From: Schmidtea polychroa
Lineage: Eukaryota
DNA: 64,000 bases
Reading direction: 5' to 3'
Assembly (NCBI GenBank): GCA_044892525.1
Contig: CM097886.1
Span: 33,542,001-33,606,000 of the forward strand
Below are positions 51,270 to 64,000 of the stretch, piece by piece (position 1 is the first letter of the stretch; each line of letters begins with the position of its first letter). The notes beneath the pieces were generated by a model that worked only from the letters and a program-made list of their open reading frames with translations, searched no databases and had not been told where the DNA came from. The position numbers and the translations under genes were made by a program.

Positions 51270-51910
51270 AATTTGACATTCGAGTGCTCTTTTATCTAAC
51301 AAAATTGTTTGCAATAGAAAAATGACTTTCCTTTTCAGAAGAGGATGTCTTTATGGTACGAAAAGCATTCAAAAGACGCATTATATTTTGAGTTCACTTC
51401 CCAGTTATTTCAAATATGTTGAATTCTTTAGTTAGAACTCCATATTGATCATTTTCAGGTATCTTTTTCATTTTCCTCAATTGCCAAATTCAATTTTTGT
51501 TATAAAATTTATTCATTAATTATATCATACTATTTGCAAACTTTATCATTAGCAATATATTGTTCTTGTTCGCTTTCAGAATCTGGATCACATAAAAAAA
51601 CTTTGTTAGTATGGTTTAGATGCTCTATATAAATATCCGTTTTTCATTTTCTACTTGTTGTTATTGCTTGATAAAACCATTAGAATACTGACGAAAATTT
51701 ATAAGAAATTAATCTTTTGTTCCTTCTCTTAGATATCTTTTCTTTAACAATGCCAAGAAGTTCTCAGTTTAATTCTTAATACTTTTTCCAATTGTAAAAA
51801 CAAAGGTTTAAGTGTTTATTTAACAATGTGTTAACAATGTGTCATCATCTCTATGAAGTCTTTTAACAGCCAGTCTCAATGGTTTTAATGTTTCTAATAC
51901 AACAATAATT
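51270..51910 (-). mobile_element. Decayed hAT transposase C-terminal region
   Basis: VLETLKPLRLAVKRLHRDD and AFRTIKTSSSEKESHFSIANNFVR*KSTRMS (dimerisation-domain-like). Confidence 0.62.
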
Positions 51911-53991
51911 TTCGCTCCACATATTAGTTTTTATGTACTCTTTATTGATATACTAATTCTTAAGAATACATTCTATTATAATATAAATGTACATTCATAC
52001 ATCCTTTATTTTTCATATCAGTCCATTCATTAAGAATGTGATTTCTGTAATTTAATTTCTGTACTAAATCTGCTTTTTCTGTTCATAAAATTCTAATATA
52101 GACTGCTTGATATCGGTAGAATAAACTTTTTTGAAGATCATATGAACAGATTTGTTTAAAGGAAAGTTTAATCTTAAGTGAGGGATTTATTTGGTCGAAT
52201 GTTGAATCAAATGATCAATAATTATGAGAATTTTTAAGGTTTTGATTGTTACTCTGTATATCTTTTGGATCTCAGTAAACATTATTACATTTGTAGAGCA
52301 TGTTGAATTATTGTCAATGAAAACACGAAACAACCAATCAAAATTGAATATACATGTAAGTTTAGTTTTAAGAAATTGTTTTACATTTTTAGAACATATT
52401 TAATTTTTTTGTTAAAACGAACCAACCAATCAAAATCATACACGTAAGTTTACTTTTAAGAATTTATTTTAATTAATTCATCTTCAAGAAAATATTCAAA
52501 TTAATATCAATTTAAAAATATTTATTTGCCTAATTAGACAATTTAATTAATAAAGATTCAACTCTTTAATAAATAGGTTGAAAATTTACTTGATTATTAC
52601 TGACTAGCATTTAAAGTTCTTTTATACCTTTTGCAAATTAATTATCTTTTTATGATATTTAGTGTCATTTTTTAGAATAATTTAAATATTCACATTTTAC
52701 AATTTTAATTTAAAAATTAATTAAATTTGCATATTTATATAAGAATCCTACAACTATTATATGAATAAAAAGAAAAATGTATTTATTATTCAACAACCAA
52801 TTTCTTAACAATTCACTTGAATGTTGAAAATGTTTTTTTAAAAATCAATCGATTACATTCATTTTTATGAAAAGCATTAATCTTTTTAATTTAAATCAAT
52901 AATTTATTAAAGTTTATTATAAAATCTTAATTAAATTAATTTAAAAAATTAAAAATCCATCAAATTTATTATTCACTTTTTGAAAACTTACTTATTTTAT
53001 TCAATAATTAACAATTAAAGTTTAATTCAGTAATTATTATTACAAAAAATAATTATATTACAACAATCATACACACAATCTTTCTCTAAATTATTCATAT
53101 TTTGTTTTTAAATAGATGTATTCACCATATAATCAATGAAAACCTAGAATATCATGTGAGTATCTATTTTGTGATGGTTTTAGATTTCCTATTAATTTTT
53201 ACATTAAGTACCCTGTGACCAGTGTGGTTTTGTTGCATTGTATTTTGATCAGATGTTCAGTTATTATTTAGGCTATAGTAACTATCCCGTAATTGAAGAA
53301 TATCAATGATCAAGAAGAAATTAGGTTAACAGACACAATTCCACACTTGCCCGTAAGTAAAAACCTGTCTTCTAGTGACATGACATATTTTTAATCAAAA
53401 TGAAGAACTTTTACTTTGTATTTTATTAAAATGCGGGCATTTTAATCCAGGTATTATATGTAATTTTGTTGATTAACATTTATAAAAAATTCATACAACT
53501 TTACATCTAAATTAAATATTAATCCACATCTATTGGCCTGTGGTAATTCTCCTATCAGACAATAATATTTTAATATTTGGCGTTCAATGCCCAAAAGTAA
53601 TCATCAAACCATTATTGAATTACGAAAATTGAGAAATTATTAATATTTTGCAAATTACCGAAACGAAATTTTATTTGGAAAAATTTATCATTTTGACATA
53701 ATTGCAAATTACTTCTTAAACATATTAACAAAATTCTATTAAATGAAAAAATTAATTTTTGAAATTATTTTTATTTAAAGTTGTAGAAATTTAAAATATC
53801 TTTTGTTATACAAAATGATTCTATAGTAACTTAACAACTATATTTACAAAAGTTTTTTATTGAAGTCTAATTATTGTGTGTAATTTGTAATATTTAATAT
53901 AAATTGTAGCTGATGGTGTTTAAATTGCTGCTCTATAAAAAAATAGAATCAAACCAAGTCTCCTGTAAAAGTTTATCGGATAGATTGCAGG

Positions 53992-54270
53992 CAGGGCCGA
54001 TTCTTCCGTTAGACAAACTAGGCAGCTGCTTAGGGCCGCCAAATTTGCAAAAATAATTTAAATAGGTATCTAAAAAAAATTTTTTTTAATTAAAAACAAA
54101 ATAATGTAACAACGTCAATATTGATGCAAAAATAATATTTTATATGTAATATCGATATTTATATAACAAACGCGAGAAATTGACATGGTGACATTGATAT
54201 ATCATATATGGGTAGAGTAGCCAACATGAATTTATGCCTAGGACCGCCAAATGACTGGAACTGGGCCTTA
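53992..54270. mobile_element. hAT-type MITE, degenerate
   Basis: Left CAGGGCCG..gcttagggccgccaa and right gcctaggaccgccaa..ctgggcct; no clear TSD. Confidence 0.5.
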
Positions 54271-56466
54271 TGTTGTTGTTATGTTGTTAAAAATATTTGT
54301 TGTTATATTAAAATGGATTAAATAATAAAAAAACTATTATCCCATACAAAACCTTATTTATAAACAATAAATTATACTTAATATCTGTAATTAAATTAAA
54401 TAGGATCAAAACATGTGTTATACAGAAAAATTGGTTATCAAAACTGGGATTTTCTTCAAAATGTTCTTGTGATTAATTTAGATAAAATTAGCTTTATTTG
54501 AAGTCTAATTTTTAATTGGAAAGATCAATAATATAGAAACGTAATAATAACCGGAAAATATATTTATTGGATTCCACTTCTTTGTACAAAGGGTATCTGG
54601 TATTTGCTAATTTAGCAATGTCATTGTGTTTCATTGAATACGACTCTCCTGGTTTCGGATTGTTTAAATATTCAATTGCGATGGTGATTTAAACTTAACG
54701 TATCCATTGACTGTTCTGTGATCTGACGACGAAAAGGAGTACCAGTAGCAGCTTTACGAGATTGATCGTTCGTAATGCCTATTCGAAATATTGATGAAGC
54801 ATATCCACAAATTGTTCTAATTGCAGAGTTTTGAGTAAATTTTTTATGTATTAAAAGATATAGAATTTGGAAAGAATTTGGATATATAAGAATATTAAAA
54901 CAACGTATTTTAATTTAATTAATTCAATAATGTATTTGAAATTTAATTATTAAATTAATTTATTTATTAATTTGTNNNNNNNNNNNNNNNNNNNNNNNNN
55001 NNNNNNNNNNNNNNNNNNNNNNNNNNNNNNNNNNNNNNNNNNNNNNNNNNNNNNNNNNNNNNNNNNNNNNNNNNNNNNNNNNNNNNNNNNNNNNNNNNNN
55101 NNNNNNNNNNNNNNNNNNNNNNNNNNNNNNNNNNNNNNNNNNNNNNNNNNNNNNNNNNNNNNNNNNNNNNNNNNNNNNNNNNNNNNNNNATTAACTTACA
55201 AATTTAAATTTTAAAATAATTAATAAAACATGATTAAAGAAATTAATTTTCAAAGACTACTTTCACAAAAATATTTTTAAACAAATTATACATCATTCAA
55301 TAGTTGATATTCATGTTGTCGATAAAAAATAAAAGTTATGATAAAATTTTAATCAATTATTAATAACTCACAAACTGTTGGACACATCTAATAAATAAAG
55401 ATTACCTTGTTTCTTATTCATATTCTGTTAATTTATTTCGTGTAATAAATGCAATTATATAAATTTCAAACTTGAATTTAAAAATATAAAAAATTGGTCC
55501 ACGTTAATTTCATTTGAATAAATATGAATCAAAGTTATAAGTCAATTTTATTAAATTTAACAAATTCTAGTGAAACAACGTTATTAATTTCCGTATGTCT
55601 AGAAGAAATGGAATTTTTATTAGTTTTATAATGTATCAAAATAATTAAATGAAAACTAGAATTTTTAAAAAATTATTACTGAACATAAATATTAATTATG
55701 AATAAATAATTACACAATGCGTTATGACAATGTTATAGCAAGTTTAAGTTTGAAACTGAATAAATAATTTGTCTATAGGAGGGTACCTTGAAGTATCCTT
55801 GAAAAATTATAATTATTTTGCATTTTAGAAATTCAGGGTGACCCATGTGTGATATTATATGTGTTCTACCGACCAATTTTTCATTAAAAGGTGTGTTCTG
55901 TTAATTTGCACAATTTTTTTAACTTATTTTAGAGCACATTATTCACAAAGAAATATTTTTAATTTATTACACCAAAAATATTGTTTTTGGGTGTTATTAT
56001 TTTTCTTTAATAATTACGATAATATTAATGTCGAAATCATTAATTGTGTGATTTTTATATAAAAATCTTTGTGGTACCAAAATGTACACTAAAATAAAAA
56101 TCACGCAAATCATTTTAATTTCTGGATTTTTTTCCTTCAGTGCACTACCTTGAGTTTCGCAGTGTTCTTACGGAATTCGGTTGATTTTTAGAAAACGTTT
56201 TTAATAATTCTCCTTTGCTAAAGTTTTCAAAACGGTCTTATTAATTCTCCCGAAGGATTATATAATACCCAATAAAAACCTTTGTACATCACTACTTTGT
56301 CTAGACAACGGATCTTAAACTTTTTACTTCATAAACCGCATACTAACAAAATCTGAAATCTACGGACCATCAAATAAAATTTCTTCTTTTATAATATTAA
56401 AACAAACACCTCAATAATAATTTGTTGGAGTTATTACTAAAACCAATATATATACTAAAAATTGAA

Positions 56467-56895
56467 TGTCAACGAGGAAAACTGGTATGGTTGAACGCCA
56501 AATTGAAAGACAAATTCAGAAATTATGATGAAAATTTAATAAGGGGTTCCTAGGAAAGGTTATAACTAAAACAAATTAGTTAAAGTTAATTAATTCGTAT
56601 GGGAAGCCCAAGCCCTGAAGGTAACCCGAAGCGCAGTGAAACCCGACTGATTAGATCACCCGATCGCCAATCTGGGGTAATCAAATAAGAATGATTTAAT
56701 AATCCTTAAGATATTTATCAAAATTCTCGAAAGCTAGTTATTTGCAATAATCCTAAATTCTGTAGATAATTGGTCTCTCAGAAAAAATATAAAAAGAGAG
56801 CTCCAAAACAGTTGGTCGAAAAAACAAAAGAGAAGTTGAATGAATAAGCCAATCAGCGATAACGGATGTTTCTGCGTGATTTTAATATTTTGACA
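56467..56895. mobile_element. Solo-LTR-like element
   Basis: TGTCAA...TTGACA termini with flanks ttgaa/ttgac (4 of 5); diverged relative at 62934-63130. Confidence 0.55.
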
Positions 56896-57089
56896 TTGAC
56901 TTCAAAGAAATATTTGAACTGGACTATAATTATTGAAAAAAACATCTATACCTTTCTAGGTTTTTTGCTGAATCTTTAATTTGGGGTAGAAAGATCTATT
57001 GTCAGAGTTCTTCCTTGGAAAAATATGTCTAAATATTAAGAATAAGTAGAAATACATCATTGTATGTTCAATAGTAAAACATTATTTTC

Positions 57090-57260
57090 AGTAAATCATT
57101 ATTTTGCCGATCAATCACTTCAAATTGAAGGTCTGACGGAACCTCTTCCATTTTACAGTCAAATGGATTTTTAAATACGGAAATGTCTTTTGCACTTGTA
57201 TTAAGATCTGAAAACGATGAGAAAGCTGTAGTTTAGCTTCAGAAATATATCCGCCGCGAA
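57090..57260 (-). mobile_element. Charlie/GTF2IRD2-like transposase remnant
   Basis: DLNTSAKDISVFKNPFDCKMEEVPSDLQFEVIDRQNNDLLK. Confidence 0.8.
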
Positions 57261-59239
57261 TATTTTTTGAAATGCGGTATTTGCTAATATTTGAAATTTT
57301 TGACAGCATGGAAATGGTCAAACTAGTTTAATGTAACTTGTGTTTCAAAAAATTCAAATTGTTTGTTGATGTTGTTTAACTATATAATACGTTTCACATA
57401 TAAGCACCGTTTTCTCTATGTTGAGGTCTCAAATAATTTTACTTAAAAATTCAACATGCACATATTCCTATTTAAAAAATACGGAAAAAAACATATACCT
57501 ATTTAAATAATTTTAAAAATTTTTATTAAAATAAAATTTACCAATTAATTTTTGTATTGTTCTTTATACACAATTTATTATTCAGTTATTTTTGATTTTT
57601 CAAATTCACGAAAAGGTGCGTGTTATATATTCTGTTATATGTTGTATTGTTCGTGCTGTGTTATACGTGCAAAAATAAATGTATTAAAAATTTTTGTCTG
57701 TTTAAAAGTTATTATCTCTTCGAAATTTATTCTAAAAGACCTTAGAAATTTGGTTTAATTTTGGGTCAGTATTTATATTGAATTTTAAATGTTATATATT
57801 TATATTGAATTTTAAATGTTAAAATAAGTAAATTTAAATTTATAATTATGTCCATAATATGTGAACATTAAATTTAATTTAATTATACCTATAATTATTC
57901 CATAATTTTTGAATGTTAAAATAGATTTTTACATATTGATATTTTAAAGTGTATATTTCATGAATTATTAATGATTATTAATTACTTAATTATTAATTAC
58001 TTTATATATAATAATATTTTTCACTGTATAATTTATTTTAATTGTTTTAATTTATACACAATAAAATACATAAGATATATTAATAAAAGGCATTCAAATA
58101 TTTACAGATAACAACTGTAGTGCCTCCACTTTATAGATGTACTAAAAGATATATAGGTAAAAAACCACTTGTTGAAATAATCAGAAGGGAAACCAAGCTC
58201 GTATGAAATAAAGAGAAACAAGAATATAAGAAAATATGAAGCTCATCAATAAAGTTTGCAGTAACAATTCAGAAGAAATTTTCATCCAGCACGGGTATCG
58301 CAGCCAAATCATTATTACGTTCAGATGGGATTCAGAAATCAACATTGCAATTTTATAATTAATAAATTTTCGGAGTTATTAATTATAATGTCTTTCATAG
58401 TTACCATATTCGGTGTCGGAAGTCCGGAAAAAGCGAATACATTTACACAACCGATTTGAATTTCGATATTCCATCATCATTTTGTTCGACTAAATATGGC
58501 TACCTACAATTTTTTCAAGACGAAAATTCGTGAAAATATTTACAAATTAATTAATGAAAGAAATTCTCTCATAAACTGTGTCAATTTATCTGGCAGTTTC
58601 AAATCGCTTTGCTATTTTAAACGCATTTTTTAAAATCAATAGTTCATTGAATAATAGTCAATCGGAATTTTCTGTACGATTTATTGTAGTTCATACTGGA
58701 TTGTGGGACAGTTCCTCGTGTTGTATTTCAATGATGAATGGAGTATCCATAGCACAGAAGCATGACATTTGTATCGATGTTTGCATTCTGAATCACGACG
58801 ATTCATCGACAAACAATTCTCAACCGACCAAATTCGATAAGACGAATAAATTTCTGCCAATCTATTTCCCAAAAACGTTAGAAGTGGAGCGACGAAGAAA
58901 TCAACATCAAGCCGGTACCAAGGCGAGATTAACGGGCGAGTGGTATTTTAAATATATTTTTTATTATATTGTTTTTTTATAGATATTTTTATCGATTTCC
59001 AGCACTATTCATTATATATTAAATCAATTGTAAAAATTTCTGTTGAAATTAAATAATTAAATATTACATTATTTTATTATAGTTACAGGTTATTTACTGA
59101 AATTAAAGTTTGTCATTGACCTTGAGAATAACTGATAATAAAAAAATTGTAAAAATAATAATTAAGATAACATAGAAATTTTAGGAAATATGCTTTCAAA
59201 AGATAGGAATAAAAATGAAAATTGACACATTTATTAAAA

Positions 59240-59650
59240 TATTTAAATCGCGTATATAAATATTGGAAGCTTTATTTTATAAATATTTTAAAATATTTTT
59301 TATTAAAATAGGCTTCTGAGTTAATTATAGAAGCTTTAAAAATTTAAAGATTTTGGTTGGTGTTTCATTTTGAATTTTAGAGGATATTTAATTTAATTTT
59401 AAATAAAAATTTTTAAAAATTCTTCAGAAAAAGAAAGTATATTATTATTATTTTTTTAACCAATGAGAAATAAAAAATGGAAATAAAAGAAAGATTGAGA
59501 TGTGTGTTCGGGAAGAGTAATGCTGAATTCCAGGAGATTGACAAGGACTATCTTATAGTCGAAATATTCGCAGCAAAAGGCTTAAATTATCACTTTATTG
59601 TTTTAAATAATAAATGCTGCTATCAAGGAATCATCACTTTATAATATTAT
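59240..59650 (+). mobile_element. ~410-bp dispersed element with a hammerhead-like motif at 59535-59570
   Basis: Inverse homologue of 2640-3075; TTGACAAG-GACTAT-ctt-ATAGTC-GAAA. Confidence 0.7.
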
Positions 59651-59829
59651 ATTATATTACATTCATTTATAAATTTTTATAAATTGTTTAAATTTTCATA
59701 TTTTTCTATATTTCTCACATAATATTATATATTTATATTTTCTAATAATTTTTTGCACAAACTCACCCCGTCGTTTTACTATATTCTAATTATAAATCAC
59801 GCTTGCAAACCTACTGAATCCTTTAAGCG

Positions 59830-60075
59830 CAGCAGCAATTTTTCCCCAACATCTGTCTTGACGCGTTTTGATCACAAAATATGAGAAGTCACCGATGTCG
59901 ATGAGAAGTCACATCCTTCGTGCTATGGGTTCCGAGTTTCCTCAATCACTGAGGTCCTTCCCAATTGAATCTTAGACATCCACTGTTGCATCCTTGGGGG
60001 CGTTCCATCTTTCCTTTCATCCGATCCTGTTCTTTCTAGATTTGGACGAAACACCTTCGTCGTGGTTTCTCATCT
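59830..60075 (-). mobile_element. Possible RTE-clade non-LTR retrotransposon 3' coding remnant
   Basis: LDEKPRRRCF..RMKGKMERPK..QQWD resembles the RTE tail MxxxRxPRxxxxxxxxGxRxRGRPxxxWxD. Heavily decayed. Confidence 0.38.
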
Positions 60076-62574
60076 AAATTGAATAAAAATAAAATAAAAT
60101 AGTCATCCAACATCTGTAATTTTAAGTTAAATTAGTTAAGGTAATATATGAAATCCGTAGCAAATGTCTATTTCTATTACCATTCAATTCGATCATAAAT
60201 TCAGTAATTATGGGTAATTTTTCTCATTTAGAAAAAATTCTATTAATTCTCAGATTTCCAAAAATTCTCGACAAAACCTTTCCACTGCTGATCCATCGAA
60301 ATGCTGTATGATATGGAAAGTCGGCGACGAGTTACGAGAAAATGAGTTATAGCGCGTAATTTTATTTATTTGAAAAGGTTCATGTAATGAACTATATTAT
60401 TCCGTGGCCTGTAGTTTGCCAACCTCTAATCTAGATTATATTTTCTATGATATATTTGTGAGGGACACATTATTTAATTAATTTTATAGATTTTCAATAT
60501 TATTCATTATATATTAAATCAATTGTAAAAGTTTCTGTTGAAATTAAATAAATATAATTTTCAGATAAATCAAATTACAATTCATTAAAACATTTTAATT
60601 GAAATTTTAACTTCTTGTTAGACATTAAATTTCAAAGTTTTATCCAAATATTTACTAAACTTGATTGAGTTATTTTACCTTATATTTATCAATAAAATAA
60701 ATGTTTGCGGCAGTTTGTCAAGTATGATTTTCTAAAGAAAATTCACAGAAAAGAGTTTCTATGGCAACCAGACAATTTGGAGGTATATTACGGTGAAAAT
60801 TACTTATTCATTTATTATTCTTCATTGATCAATTAATGTGGAATTATTAATTAATCCAAAACTATTTTTTCTATATCAAAAAATGTTCATTCCTTTTCTA
60901 CCCTTGTATTTCCTAGGAGTGAATCTTTTTGGGAAATGTGTTTTCACTCGTCTAGATTAAATTTGTTCACGAGCTCAACTTATTGAAAACCTTCAAGCCA
61001 ACTTTGAAACTTTTGATATTTCACTTATTTTCATTACGACTGTTGGGTTATTGGGTTGGTGATAAAATTAAAATTCTTACTCTGACTCCAAGCGTGTCTT
61101 TGACTGACTCGCAATTACCAATGAACACTAAAAACTTTATTGAATATCACAAATATTTTCACAATGATACAATTGGCTCAACAATCTCACTCTCGATTAT
61201 ATAGTGTTTATTACAACACTATGGCGAAGAATAGCACACGCGTATAACCTTGATTTGACAAATCTCTCACAACTGAGGAGTGTAATAATTGGTAATTTTA
61301 ACTGGTTGTTTTCTGATTAGACTTGGATTTACTCGCCGAACTTTAATCTATTATCACTATATAAGCTCTGGTTGCTTCTCTTTATTTTCTTTTTAATTTT
61401 TCCACTTCAATTTTATTCAAATTTTCCAAATAAATTAAATATTATATCTCCAAAGTATTCCCCAAATTTCCTCTAACTGGTCCTTCCCGAATTGTTTTCT
61501 CCATGGTTCATTCTAAATTTTTGTTCTGCCTGCTTTTGCTGTGCTTCCTCATTTTATACCTCTTCACTTTGTAGCACTTCAGTTTATCTTAAATTTCCCA
61601 TTTTTTTTCCAACATGATTTCTCAATTTTCCCTGCGACCGAGTTATCTTTGACAGCTGTCAAGATATTTTCTAATTTTTCCTTTTGCGGCTCCGGCTTGT
61701 TTTTGTTTTGTTCCAGTTATCTCTGACAAGTTGCCGAGATAAGAATATTGTTGTTTCTTCTATTTTTCACGATTTTGAAATTCCTTTTCCTTTTTGTACT
61801 AATTAATTAGTACTGACCTTTGTTTTTGTTTTCAAGTCTGACTTCTTTTATTTCATTTTCATTTTCAATTTCATTTTCTTTTTCTTTTTCATTTCTCATT
61901 TCTTTTTACTTCCGTTTTCTTTTCTAAGTTCCCATAGATCGTCCCATTTATCATGACAATCTTCCTCCAAATAATTTTATTTATTTATCAATAAATTTGT
62001 AATTTAGGTATCCTCAACACGACTATGGATCATATTTGAAGGAATGGAAGTTTCATAAAATATAATTACATAACTTGGATATATTTTTCAGAAATATTAT
62101 GTAAATAATGGTGAGAATGTATTATAAAAGGTATTTATTATATATATATAATATCAAGGTATGTATTAAAAGGTATGTATTATATATATAATATCAAGTC
62201 AAGCATTGACGACAAAATTTGTGAATTACTGTAAAATGTTCATTTTAGTCTTGATGTAGAAAAAAATGGTAAACTATGATGATTATTCATTAACTTTACA
62301 GGTTTTGTTTTTTTATGTTTTGGTTTTGTATTGTGTGAAATGAGATTTGCTGTTAGAAGGTTTGAAAGTGTAAATATATTTTCTAATTGAAAAATTGTTA
62401 TTTTGGTACTCAAAAATTTAGATTATCAATATTTGGTTAATAATATGGTTTCTGATATAAAATTTGATTTAAATAAATACTTTTGTGACTGGTTATTAAT
62501 ATATTGTATTCACTTTGTTTAATTTATGGTTATGCAAAAATTATTATCTGTATATACCCATGTTGGGGTTAATA

Positions 62575-62818
62575 TAAGGTGAATAGATTTCCTGCTTTAG
62601 GCGGGACAGTTCCGATTTTTCACGATTTATCTCGCATCAAAATGAATAAAAATTATGTTAAGGAATATTATACAATTTTTTTATATTTATAAATTGTACT
62701 TATGTTAAAAATCAAAAAATATTACCATATTATTTTTTTCAATATATGAAAATTTTTGTTGATACCCCTCTCCTTCAAAGTTGTCCCGCTTTGCCCATTT
62801 AAAAATCTGATCACCTTA
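62575..62818. mobile_element. hAT-type MITE (TAGGGTGACC-like ends)
   Basis: TIR taaggtgaatagattt / aaatctgatcacctta, perfect 8-bp TSD GGTTAATA, and gggaca/gtcccg subterminal motifs. Confidence 0.9.
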
Positions 62819-62933
62819 GGTTAATAATGGAAGGCACAAAAATAAAATAGAAGCAGGTTAAAATCAATAAAACATCAAAAATAATAAAATTGCAAAAATT
62901 AATTAAACTTCTTTAAAAATTGAAAATTAATAT

Positions 62934-63130
62934 TGTACGGGGCAATTGGATATGGCTGAACACTGAATTATGGAAAAACCCAAGAATAATGATAAAAATT
63001 TAGTGAGGGGTTCTTTGAGAAAGTTATAACGAAATAATAAAGTAATTAAAATTAATTAATTGACTAATAGGAAACCAGTGCCAACTGGAAGACCGAGCCA
63101 ATGGAAAACCCGAGATATGCAGGAATCACT
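62934..63130. repeat. Diverged relative of the 56467-56895 LTR-like element
   Basis: Begins TGTAC; shares tatggctgaac, atgataaaaattta, ggggttc, gttataac and aaacccga blocks in the same order. Right end undefined. Confidence 0.45.
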
Positions 63131-63826
63131 AATAGTCTTATAAGTTATAATCGAATAAGTTATTTTATACTTTCAAAATATGAAGAGAATATGTACTGTT
63201 GAAAATTGTACTGAAAATTGTAAGTAAAAATTACTAAAAATTAATTGTTCAACTAGAAAAAAAAACTAAAAGTTGGCTGTTTGTAAATTTCTTTGAAATT
63301 TTAGATATATAAAGGCTTTTATTTATGCTTTGTAAATAATTACCTAATTTCTTAATATATTTTTCTTTAATATTAACTAAAACAAATAAATTAAGGAAAT
63401 AATTAATGTTTAAAATAGTGTCGCAAAAATTCTGAGTTGTTGCTAAAAAAATTTTACAAGATTATTTTTGAATGTTAAAAATTTACATTTTAATGCTTTA
63501 TAGAATAAATTTTGTTAAAGATGTTTTATTCATCCAAAACGCGTAATATTTTTTCGTGTGCTACAATTTCCCTAGTGTCCGAGAACCTAGAGGCATTGTG
63601 TCCATTTGTTAAATTATTGGTACAACACTGATTAATTATCTTATTTAATATCAAATTTTAAATATAAATGTAAAATAGGATATATTGTTTTCGAATTTAA
63701 ATATATATATTTAAATGTTGATATTCAAAAACAATTAAAAAAATAATTAAAATAATGATAAAAATATTAGAGATAAATAATTGAATATGAAATATAATTT
63801 TTGCATACCTCTAAGAAAAAGGATGA

Positions 63827-63861
<35 letters not shown>

Positions 63862-64000
63862 ATTTATTTAACAATGAATCGAAAATAAGGAAATTAAAAA
63901 TAATTTACACAAGAAAATTTTCTTATCTTTACTGTTTATCTGAAATGACAAAGCAGATGAGAGGGAAGTCCAAGAAAACAGATATTTATCTGGTAATCAA

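Noticed and set aside
56597-56650. CTGAAGG...GAAACCC possible hammerhead
   Set aside because: The core lacks G8-A9 and there is no consistent stem II; the relative at 63 kb does not conserve it.
57760-57830. Short local tandem duplications (also 62130-62197)
   Set aside because: Two-copy slippage duplications in AT-rich DNA; no CRISPR-like repeat/spacer structure.

Overview
Very AT-rich animal genomic scaffold with eight N-gaps, dominated by decayed transposable elements. A triclad flatworm-like source is suggested only by the style of the DEG/ENaC protein and is an inference. The one clearly recognisable host gene is a minus-strand DEG/ENaC (amiloride-sensitive channel) gene. Its intact first coding exon (17904-17046) splices in phase across an 11.1-kb intron to a cryptic exon at 5926-5709. 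That exon and a candidate third exon near 5.2 kb carry apparent single-base frameshifts at A-runs, and no TM2 exon was found. Mobile DNA includes a degenerate Ty3/Gypsy element (32129-36918) and a related solo LTR, Penelope-like RT fragments, many hAT/Charlie remnants and MITEs (several with perfect 8-bp TSDs), pogo and piggyBac-like remnants, a foldback-like element and a probable Polinton minor-capsid remnant. The most notable hidden structures are three families of minimal hammerhead-ribozyme motifs (one fully canonical at 36962-37003) and several unassigned coding-like remnants, two of which are paralogous. All assignments are by eye, and no database searches were run.
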